Shown in pieces: positions 50,550 to 60,818 of a stretch of DNA of 64,000 bases. The position numbers were made by a program, and so were the translations under genes. The stretch is from assembly GCA_010909165.1 (NCBI GenBank), contig VJWM01000025.1:558001-622000 (forward strand), written 5' to 3'. The first letter of the stretch is position 1. The number at the start of each line of letters is the position of its first letter. Origin of the DNA: Anthoceros angustus (lineage: Eukaryota; Plantae; Anthocerotophyta). Below the pieces are notes generated by a model. It searched no databases. It saw nothing but the letters and a program-made list of their open reading frames with translations, and had not been told where the DNA came from.

Positions 50550-52225
50550 TACGTCATCCAGACCCCTTCGTCAGCGAATGCAGCGCGCAGGCCTTCAGAA
50601 GACAAGCAAAGAGAACATGGTCAGCCAGAGTCAGCTCCTCCAGACAGGCGTCATGCTTGTCTTCTAATAAAGGTGATAGCGGCCATACGAATTCACAAAC
50701 CCCGGTGACGTAGTTTCGCTCTGAAGTGCCGTTGATCGAGAGCAGGACGGCCATCAGTGCACGGCAGGTGGGACTTCTTAGCTCTTAGAGCAGCTCAGAC
50801 TCTTGACAATTTTTTTGCAAGATCCTCGAGGATGGAGTTGGTTTGAAGTTTGCGGAAACCTCCATGGAACCTGCTGCTACTGCCAGAGCTTGGGCGCTCC
50901 ATGGAACCTGCTGCTACTGCCTTGGGCGGGTGGGGCGTTTCTGCTGAATGCGTGACACCCTTATCTCGCCCTGATGCAGCTGAAGTCATCCTAGCTGTAG
51001 TTAGCTTTGCGCCGACATCTTCCAATATCTCATACAAAATGGCTGTTTGTTGGTGTTTGCAGTCATCCGCCAAAATACGTGCACCTGCTTGTCATGCTCG
51101 ATCCAGCTCTGGCCAGGCTTCTTCCAGGAAACTGCCCTTTGCCTCAACTCATCCACCTTTCTCGCACAATCCAACATGCCAGCATCTAGATAAATGTTTG
51201 ACATGAGGACATAGGCTGCTGCGTGTTCTGGATCTTCACCTACTGCTTCAGCGAAGGCCCGCTCTCCCAGTGAAACATTACCATGTTTTCGGCAGGCGCT
51301 CAGCAGGCACAACCAGACTAGCAAACCAGGCTGAATTGGCATCTGGGAGAGCAGCATTTCAGCTTTACTGAAGAGACCTGCTCGACCGACGAGGTCCATT
51401 ACACAAGCGTAATGTTCCGTGTCTGCAGAGATCCTGTATTCCCCGGTCATGGCTCCGAAGTACTCCAGTCCCCTATCGACTAGTCCAGCATGGCTGCAAG
51501 CAGACAGGAGGCCCAGGAAGGTGACTCTATCTGGTTTCAAGCCAGATTGTAACATGTGGCCATAGCACTGGATGCTCGTGTTGCAATCGCCCAGCCGGGC
51601 ATAGCCTGCAAGAAGGGCATTCCATGAGATGACGTCGGGGCAAGATAGGGAGTCAAAGACACGTTGGGCATCCACCATGCTCCCACACTTGCTGTACGCA
51701 TGAATGAGGCTGGTGGCAACAGGAAGACGGTACTCCAATCCATTGTCGAGAACGGCCTGGTGGGTCTGGACGCACATGTCAAATGCCCCTGTGCTGCTGC
51801 ACGCTTGGAGGACTGACACAAAAGTAGCTTCCTGTGGCTTCATTCCCTCTGCTTGCATCTGGGCATACAGTTGCAAAGCCTTTCCTCCTTGCTCCTGGGC
51901 ATACGCTGCAATCATGACAGTCCACGACACAAGATCACGCTGAGACATCTTGTCAAACACCTGCTCTGCGTCTGTGATGCTCCCACACTTGGCATACATG
52001 TACACCAGAGTGCTGGCGACAAACATGTCTAAATCCAAATCCAGTCTTGCAGCTTCAGCGTGTATGTCTCTTCCCAGTTCAAGGTAATCCAGCTTCTCAC
52101 TCTGCCCATCCTCATATGACACCTTCTCCTTTTCTGCAGCGACTCCACAAGCATGGAGAGCACTGGCCAAGGTTCGCGCATCCGGCTTCACGCCCTCCTT
52201 CTGCATTTGTTTAAACACCTGGAAG
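50550..52225. repeat. Array unit 5 (partial; PPR 3' part; resumes at 54410-55066 after the TIR insertion)
   Basis: Matches unit 1 from ~11248 onward; ends at aaacacctggaag and resumes at gaaggcctttcctcc (54410). Confidence 0.93.
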
Positions 52226-52831
52226 AACAGCGTCTCTCAGCATAGGGGTTATTCTCCATTAAAGGGGTTTGGGTCCCTAAAGACCAAAAAATGACCCCCG
52301 AAAACGGGCCAAAATGCATCATCTTTAGCAAAACCACTCTTTAGACATGTACTGAAAGACATTGACCATGTTATTTTCTCGTGAATACTTACGCTAACAG
52401 GGTTGAAGCCGAAGAAGGTTCGCGGATTTCACCTTCACAAGGAAGGGATTTCAAGGATTTTTAACAGGTGCTAGGAATCCTAAACACCTCTTTCGCAGGC
52501 GATAGTACTTCCTAGCAGGGTGAACAGTAGGCAAACCAAACAAAATTAGTCCAGCAAGCCAAAGCTGGCGGACGTCCGGCAACCAACACGCAAAAGTAGC
52601 AATTGCAAGTCGAAAGAGCAATCGCGGACGTCCGGCGCAATTGTGAAGAACATTAACCGATAGCGATCATGGCCATCTCGAGAGGACCAAACTACGACTC
52701 TAAAAGTAGCGCCGACGTCTGGTGCACTGTGAGTACACAACCCTGGGATCTCCATTGTTAGAGTGAAAACATAGAAGGAATTGGAACAATGCGCCGGACG
52801 TTCGGCACATTGGCGCGAGTCTGCTAAAGCC

Positions 52832-52851
52832 TGCGCCGGACGTCCGGCGCA
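52832..52851. repeat. Perfect 20-bp palindrome tgcgccggacgtccggcgca (left subterminal cluster)
   Basis: Read directly; partial copies near 52568, 52624, 52792 and 52908. Confidence 0.9.
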
Positions 52852-54177
52852 TTTTCTGGAGACCCCAATCTTGTGGGCGTCAGCGAGATGGAAATGGTGG
52901 AGTGGATGCGGACGTCCGACATGTATATTATTGTTTGTCTTCTTAGCATGCTCGGGATAGGTGCATATAGACTCAATGTAAGAACTCCAAGGTTAAGCAC
53001 CGGGTCGGATCGATACTGGATGGGGTGCTTGACTTTGGTGCTTTTGAACTTCTGTTATGCACTCTTGGGTCGATTAGTGCTAGGATGGCTTGCTTGTTTT
53101 GGCGCTTTGAAAACTTTGTAACAACTCCACTCTTAAGCAACCTAGAGGCGTATCAATACTAGGATGGAGTGTTGATTTTTAGTGGTTTGAAAAATTTGTA
53201 AATCATCCGGTATCTAGGCGTAAAGTCATGAATATTATTTTTGAAAATCATTTGTTGGTTGATGTTATATTCCACATTCGCTTTGTATACAACATGTAAA
53301 ACCTTTTGGCCTTACTCTATGTGCCCCTTCCGATGACTTGCATGGATCTCTTTGATTGGTCGCCAAATGTCCGCTCATTCGAGTTTGATGCACGATAGAT
53401 GCATAGGCCTTGGTTTCTAGATGAGCTACATTTTCCAAAATTCGACATGTATGATGGTGGTTTCTAATGGCCAACCTTTTGAAGGCGACAATGTTTCACA
53501 ATGTTTTGCGGAGAAGCAAGAAAATAAATAGAATAGATGATTTTTCCTTGAGTAATGAAAGCACATCGGATGCGATCGAACACAAGCATAAGAGAGCATC
53601 TGCTGCCACTGCGAGCCCTAGTGAGAGCCAGTATCTCGAAGAAAGAGGGCTAGTCGCCCATGGGGTTTTGACCAAATGGCTGAGTATTTCAGTGAGGCTC
53701 TGAAGGAGGACCTGTCTATACCCACTGTGACGCCCACTACAGCTGTGGCGCAGCTAGGTGTTCAGAGACGAACTATAGCCAAGCTTCGCCAGGAGATTTT
53801 GAATTTAAGATCTGACTTGCTCCATGTGCCACCCATGGATAGATTAAGGTTGAAAGCGGTACGGACTTGACAAGAAGAAATGTAAGCTCAAGAGTTTGAT
53901 CAAGAACGGTTGAGGAGGCCTCACCATCCTTTACCTTGTCCACCTCGGGCCCAATGCGCAGATCTAAGTGCGGCTTATCTCCGACACGGAGGGGCCAGGT
54001 CAGACAGGGTATGCCTGCCGTCTGGGATTGCTCTGAATCACGGGGTTTGAAAAGAGAATTGATGTGAGTGTTGGTGCGGTGGCAAGTGTGCACAGGCAAC
54101 TTGAACGAAAGTGTTTGCCTACACAAGTATTGACGCAACCCTCTCCAAACCCGTGTATTGCACCTCTTTGGAGTATA

Positions 54178-54201
54178 AGTGCGCCGGACGTCCGGCGCAC
54201 T
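54178..54201. repeat. Perfect 24-bp palindrome agtgcgccggacgtccggcgcact (right subterminal)
   Basis: Read directly; flanked by the direct repeat ctctttggag(t/c)ataagtgc. Confidence 0.9.
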
Positions 54202-55066
54202 CCAGCTCTTTGGAGCATAAGTGCTACCATCCGCCACTTGGTACAAAGGTGTGTCCGCCATTTGTGCGGACGGTGGGCACATTAGGTCTTCCTTGGGCTC
54301 GGATGCATGGGTGGGTTCGCAAATCAAAAACAATGGAATGAGACATGTGCATTGGATGGTTAGCCAAAATGGGGTTTGGAGACAAACCCCTATGCCGAGA
54401 AACACCGTTGAAGGCCTTTCCTCCTGCATACCGCAGACAAGATACGCTGCGATCATGGCGATCCATGACACCACACCTCGCTGGGCAATTGGTTGAAGAC
54501 AAGTTACGTGTCACGAATGCTCCCACACTTTGCATACATACTAAGCAAAGTGTTGCAAACATAGATGTCGAATCAAGCCCCATTCTGTAGCTGCATGCAA
54601 CTCCCTTCCTCTCGCAGGATGCCACTTTGACATCTTGCCCATGCACCAAGGTGCTTTTCTCTTTGCTGCAAGGCGCCGCATGCATGAAGCGCACTTACAA
54701 ATGTCTCACAGACGCTCGCAGCCCTCCCTTTGCATCCGTCTGTAGACCCGCAAAGCTTTGTCTCCTTGGTCCTCCTCGGCATATCCTCCTATCATGGCAT
54801 TCCATGCCACCACATCACGCTTGTGCAAACTTTTAAACACCTCCTTAGCATCGTTGATGCTCCCGCACTTGCATACATACTAACGAATGCTACCAACAAA
54901 CATGTTGGATTCAAAACCCTTCCCGAACTCCAAAGATGGATTTCCTTCCCTTCTCGCAAGGATCGATTTTACATTGCGTCGCTTGAGTGCACTCTCCTCC
55001 TTTGCACGCCGCCACACGCCGGAGGGCACTTACAAATGTTCGAGCATTTGGACTTATCCCGTCTCG

Positions 55067-55242
55067 TGTGACGATTATGGTGCGGCAGATGCATCAATCC
55101 GATAGATAGGCAATTCATGGTAGAGAACACAATGTAGTGTAGGAGGAGAATAAGCGCGATTCGTGACGCCGCCCAAATGTCGGTTCAGTTTTCGTGCTTA
55201 AAAGCAACGTGCCCTAAGGGCTTGAGTGCTACAACTTCAACA
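55067..55242 (-). repeat. 3' LTR of the minus-strand copia (176 bp)
   Basis: On the minus strand it reads TGTTGAAG...CGTCACA, directly after the PPT (plus strand ctcccactt, 55243-55251), and abuts PPR sequence. Confidence 0.8.
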
Positions 55243-55286
55243 CTCCCACTTAGCATCTAGTCCTTAGGCTATGCACTTTTACATTG

Positions 55287-57171
55287 CTAAGAATTGAAGC
55301 TAATGTCTGAGACCTTTCTAAGTCCCATGTTCTTCACGTGTTGTTGATGTTTGATAGAGCTAAGTGCTTTTGTAAGCACATCCGCTACCATGTGCTCTGT
55401 TGGACAATAGAGAACTGCAAACTTGCCTTCTTCAACCACTTGCCTTATGAAATGAAATTGTACCTCCACGTGCTTTGTTCGAGCATGGAACTTCGGGTTA
55501 TAGGTGAGTGAGATGGCACTTTGATTATCACAGTAGAGCGGCCTAGGAATCCTCTGGGTCTCGCCTAACTCTGAAAGTTGGGGAAGTTGCGAGTCCATCC
55601 TTGCATGCGTGAGTCAGCAGCAATACTCACCTCGGTTGAGTGAGTGCAACTACTTGCCGCCGCTTACTACTCCAGCTTGTTCTCCTCCCAATAAATATCG
55701 TGGCTTGTGCTTTTCTATCATCAATGTTGCCGCCCATCGGCATCACTATAGCCTTCAAGTTGTAGAGGTTCTCCTTGTTTGATATGTGGTAGAGCAACCC
55801 TAAGTCCGAAGTTGCTCTTAGGTATCTAAATATCCTCTTAATGACCTTCCAATGAGCTTGAGTAGGAGCTGATAGGAATTGTGACAAGGCTCCCACCGAA
55901 TAGGACAGTCCGTGCAGTGCAAACCATAAGGTACATAAGACTACCTACGGTGAGGAATAAGGAGGAGGAGTAGTGTCTCGAATCGTTGTCTGTTGATCCA
56001 CCTCTTTGCTTAGCTTAAGGTTCATTTCCATGGGTGTTGAGATAGGCCTAGATTCTAACATCTTAAACTTTGTTAAGATTTCTTGAATATATTTTGATTG
56101 GTGAATGAGAATGCTTCTAGCCTTTCTATCCCTTAAGACCGAATGCCCAAGCAAAGGAAAGCTCTCTACAAGTGGTCATGGAGAAACGCTTAGCTAGCAT
56201 AGATCCGGTCTCTTCTAGTATGGCCTTAGTGTTGGACATAAGAACTATATCGTCTCGTATACCCCTAAGACGATAAAGTAAATGCTTGATCTTTTAATGT
56301 AGATATTACTATCGAGTTTAACTTAGTGAAACCTAGTTCCTTAAGGCTGACGTCAGCTTAAAATACCATTTCATAGCACCGCTTAAGTCCGTATAAGGAC
56401 TTTAATAGTAGGCATGCATTGTACTTTGTCCTATCCTTAACATATATCCCTTGAGAATCTCCATGTAGATGGTGTGGTCGAGATCTCCATATAGAAAAGT
56501 CTTAATGTCAAGTTGCATTAGCTCATAGTCATGGTGAGATGCTAAGGCTAGGAGGATCCTAAGTGAGGTTATCTTAAGTACAGGACTAAAAGTTTCATCA
56601 TAATCAAAACCATATTTTTGAGAGTATCCCTTGGCTACTAATCTAGCCTTGTATCTCTCTATGCTACCATCGGCATTTAATTTGATCTTGAAGGTCCACT
56701 TAGATCCCACAAGTTGTCTATCCTTAGGTAGAGTAGTTAAAGTCCAAGTTTTATTGGCTTGTAGGGATTCTAGTTCGACCGATTGCTTGTTTCAGTGTTC
56801 CTTTGTGGGCAGCCGATGGCCTCTGGTAGCGAGGACAAAGCGATCTATAGTGCATTAAGACAATATGCTAAATTGCTCTTGGGATCCCGATTAGTAGGAG
56901 AATATCTATGTATTTTACGCATTGAACGGTGAGATTGTCTACGCCTAGGCTGGTTAGTGGCGGTGATTGTGGGATGTCCTCTTGCACATTTTGAAATAAG
57001 GGTCTAGAGTTTCCTCGGCTTCACAGGCATTTATATGTTGCATATCGAGTATTGTAATTAGAAAATCAAGATAAATGCCTACTTGTTGTTGAGGTGCCCG
57101 TCGTTTTGAAAGTCGGGTCAAGAGCATATTGTGAAAACTCAATGTCACTTGCCGATCCGGTGTGTGGCCGA
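55287..57171 (-). pseudogene. pol: Copia RT-RNase H block A
   Basis: GSKWTFKIK, RYKARLVAKGYSQKYGFDYDETFSPV, LYCDNQSAI, HARTKHVEVQFHFIR, ADVLTKAL. Confidence 0.9.
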
Positions 57172-59121
57172 TCGAGCATGGAACTTCGGGTTATAGGTGA
57201 GTGAGATGGCACTTTGATTATCACAGTAGAGCGGCCTAGGAATCCTCTGGGTCTCGCCTAACTCTGAAAGTTGGGGAAGTTGCCAGAGTCCATCCTTGCA
57301 TGCGTGAGTCAACGAGCAATACTCAGCCTCAGTTGAGCTGAGTGCAACTACTTGCTGCCGCTTACTACTCCAGCTTGTTGCTGTGCCTCCCAATAAATAT
57401 ACGTAGCTGCTTGTGCTTTTTCTATCATCAATGTTGCCGGCCCAGTCAGCATCACTATAACCTTCAAGTTGTAGAGGTTCTCCTTGTTTGATATGTGACT
57501 GGTAGAGCAACCCTAAGTCCGAAGTTGCTCTTAGGTATCTAAATATCCTCTTAATGACCTTCCAATGAGCTTGAGTAGGAGCTGATAGGAATTGTGACAA
57601 GGCTCCCACCGAATAGGACAGTCCGTGCAAACCATAAGGTACATAAGACTACCTACTGAGGAATAAGGAGGAGGAGTAGTGTCTAACTGTTGTCCTGTTG
57701 ATCCACCTCTTTGCTTAGCTTAAGGTTCATTTCCATGGGTGTTGAGATAGGCCTAGATTCTAACATCTTAAACTTTGTTAAGATTTCTTGAATATATTTT
57801 GATTGGTGAATGAGAATGCTTCTAGCCTTTCTATCCCTTAAGACCGAATGCCCAAGCAAAGGAAAGCTCTCTACAAGTGGTCATGGAGAAACGCTTAGCT
57901 AGCATAGATCTGGTCTCTTCTAGTATGGCCTTAGTGTTGGACATAAGAACTATATCGCTCACGATACCCCTAAGACGATAAAGTAAATGCTTGATCTTTT
58001 AATGTAGATATTACTATCGGAGTTTAACTTAGTGAAACCTAGTTCCTTAAGGCTGACGTCTAGCTTAAAATACCATTTCATAGCACTTTGCTTAAGTCCG
58101 TATAAGGACTTTAATAGTAGGCATGCATTGTACTTTGTCCTATCCTTAACATACATCCCTTCGGGAATCTCCATGTAGATGGTGTGATCGAGATCTCCAT
58201 ATAGAAAAGCTGTCTTAATGTCAAGTTGCATTAGCTCATAGTCATGGTGAGATGCTAAGGCTAGGAGGATCCTAAGTGAGGTTATCTTAAGTACAGGACT
58301 AAAAGTTTCATCATAATCAAAACCATATTTTTGAGAGTATCCCTTGGCTACTAATCTAGTCTTGTATCTCTCTATGCTACCATCGGCATTTAATTTGATC
58401 TTGAAGGTCCACTTAGATCCCACAAGTTGTCTATCCTTAGGTAGAGTAGTTAAAGTCCAAGTTTTATTGGCTTGTAGGGATTCTAGTTCGACCGATTGCT
58501 TGTTTCGTGTTCCTTTGTGGGCAGTGATGGCCTCTGGTAGTGGGACAAAGCGATCTATAGCCGCATTAAGACAATATGCTAAATTGCTCTTGGGATCCCT
58601 TGATTAGTAGGAGAATATCTATGTATTTTACGCATTGAACGGTGAGATTGTCTACGCCTAGGCTGGTTAGTGGCGGTGATTGTGGGATGTCCTCTTGCAC
58701 ATTTTGAAATAAGGGTCTAGAGTTTCCTCGGCTTCACAGGCATTTATATGTTGCATATCGAGTATTGTAATTAGAAAATCAAGATAAATGCCTACTTGTT
58801 GTTGAGGTGCCCGGTGCTGGAAAGTCGGGTCAAGAGCATATTGTGAAAACTCAATGTCACTTGCCGATCCCGAACCGCGAGGCGCCCCGCCCGTCATTCG
58901 CTAACCGATCCGGTGTGTGGCCGATCGAGCTGTGAACGGGGAATCGGGCGCGTTGAAGGCGCTGCAAGGACCGCCGGATTGAGAGCTGCGAGTGCTGTCC
59001 GCGGGCGTCGGTTGTGGATTCAGGTCAAGAGCGCGTCGGGCGTGTAGGTGCGGAGAGGTGTTGTGGCTGGAGATTCGCCGGAGTTGGGGCGGATCCGAAA
59101 ATTTCGAGTCCGAAAATGTCC
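57172..59121 (-). pseudogene. pol: Copia RT-RNase H block B (duplicate, RNase H truncated)
   Basis: ORFs 57959-58423 and 57145-57630 (YSDADWAG, WSSKRQQVVALSSTEAEY). Confidence 0.9.
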
Positions 59122-60818
59122 TGCTTTTCTATCATCAATGTTGCCGGCCCAACAAGATCACTATAACCTTCAAGTTGTAGAGGTTCTCCTTGTTTGATAT
59201 GTATGGTAGAGCAACCCTAAGTCCGAAGTTGCTCTTAGGTATCTAAATATCCTCTTAACAGCCTTCCAATGAGCTTGAGTAGGAGCTGATAGGAATTGTG
59301 ACAAGGCTCCCACTGAATAGGACAGATCTGGTCTGGTGCAAACCATAAGGTACATAAGACTACCTACGGCTGAGGAATAAGGAGGAGGAGTAGTGTCTGA
59401 ACTGTTGTCCTGTTGATCCACCTCTTTGCTTAGCTTAAGGTTCATTTCCATGGGTGTTGAGATAGGCCTAGATTCTAACATCTTAAACTTTGTTAAGATT
59501 TCTTGAATATATTTTGATTGGTGAATGAGAATGCTTCTAGCCTTTCTATCCCTTAAGACCTAAATGCCCAAGCAAAAGGAAAGCTCTCTACAAGTGGTCA
59601 TGGAGAAACGCTTAGCTAGCATAGATCTGGTCTCTTCTAGTATGGCCTTAGTGTTGGACATAAGAACTATATCGTCTACGTATACCCCTAAGACGATAAA
59701 GTAAATGCTTGATCTTTTAATGTAGATATTATTATCGGAGTTTAACTTAGTGAAACCTAGTTCCTTAAGGCTGACGTCAGCTTAAAATACCATTTCATAG
59801 CACTCGCTTAAGTCCGTATAAGGACTTTAATAGTAGGCATGCATTGTACTTTGTCCTATCCTTAACATATATCCCTTGAATCTCCATGTAGATGGTCGAG
59901 ATCTCCATATAGAAAAGCTGTCTTAATGTCAAGTTGCATTAGCTCATAGTCATGGTGAGATGCTAAGGCTAGGAGGATCCTAAGTGAGGTTATCTTAAGT
60001 ACGGGACTAAAAGTTTCATCATAATCAAAACCATATTTTTGAGAGTATCCCTTGGCTACTAATCTAGCCTTGTATCTCTCTATGCTACCATCGGCATTTA
60101 ATTTGATCTTGAAGGTCCACTTAGATCCCACAAGTTGTCTATCCTTAGGTAGAGTAGTTAAAGTCCAAGTTTTATTGGCTTGTAGGGATTCTAGTTCGAC
60201 CGATTGCTTGTTTCGTGTTCCTTTGTGGGCATGATGGCCTCTGGTAGTGGCGGACAAACCGATCTATAGCATTAAGACAATATGCTAAATTGCTCTTGGG
60301 ATCCCTTGATTAGTAGGAGAATATCTATGTATTTTACGCATTGAACGGTGAGATTGTCTAGGCTGGTTAGTGGCGGTGATTGTGGGATGTCCTCTTGCAC
60401 ATTTTCAAATAAGGGTCTAGAGTTTCCTCGGCTTCACAGGCATTTATATGTTGCATATCGAGTATTGTAATTAGAAAATCAAGATAAATGCCTACTTGTT
60501 GTTGAGGTGCCCGTCGAAAGTCGGGTCAAGAGCATATTGTGAAAACTCAATGTCACTTGCCGATCCGGTGTGTGGCCGATCCGGTGTGTGGCCGATCCGG
60601 TGTGTGGCCGATCCGGTGTGTGTGGCCGATCCAGCTGAACGGGAATCGGGCGTTGAAGGCGCCGCAAGGACCGCCGGATTGAGAGCTGCGAGTGCTGTCC
60701 GCGGGCGTCGGTTGTGGATTCTCACAGGCCAAGAGCGTGTAGGTGCGGAGAGGTGTTGTGGCTGGAGATTCGCCGGAGTTGGGGCCGGATCTGAAAATTT
60801 CGGAGTCTGAAAATGTCC
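59122..60818 (-). pseudogene. pol: Copia RT block C (third copy)
   Basis: ORFs 59862-60257 and 59170-59481 (YSSAVGSLMYLMVCTRPDLSYSVG). Confidence 0.9.
60559..60632. repeat. Minisatellite, ~4.5 x gccgatccggtgtgtg (16 bp; one 18-bp unit) in the IN-RT linker
   Basis: Read directly; ~1.5 units remain in blocks A and B. Confidence 0.9.

Larger units (their letters stand above)
43139..50552. repeat. Array unit 4 (truncated inside the LTR; ~160 bp internal deletion)
   Basis: Colinear up to gccgatctatccctgcttac (50552); lacks the equivalent of 16225-16382. Confidence 0.95.
11024..52225. repeat. Tandem array of a ~10.7 kb multi-gene unit
   Basis: Marker gttttcgctttgcgcagcac starts at 11024, 21737, 32441 and 43139 (periods 10713, 10704, 10698). 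The fourth unit breaks off at ~50551 and restarts ~225 bp into the unit. Confidence 0.97.
52226..54409. mobile_element. Non-autonomous TIR DNA transposon, 2184 bp, inserted in PPR copy 5
   Basis: 33-bp TIRs (52226-52258 and 54377-54409; 27/33 identical). Comparison with the empty site in units 1-4 (cacctggaaggcctttcc) shows GAAG duplicated. Subterminal ggacgtcc palindromes at both ends; no transposase motif recognised. Confidence 0.9.
50877..55066 (-). pseudogene. PLS-E/E+ PPR gene, copy 5, interrupted by a TIR element (52226-54409) and cut by a copia LTR at 55067
   Basis: 405-aa ORF 51001-52218; PPR sequence resumes at 54410-55066 (DKALQV, VVSWTAMIAAY remnants). Confidence 0.9.

Noticed and set aside
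60559-60632. CRISPR-like repeat
   Set aside because: Contiguous units with no spacers, eukaryotic context and no cas genes.
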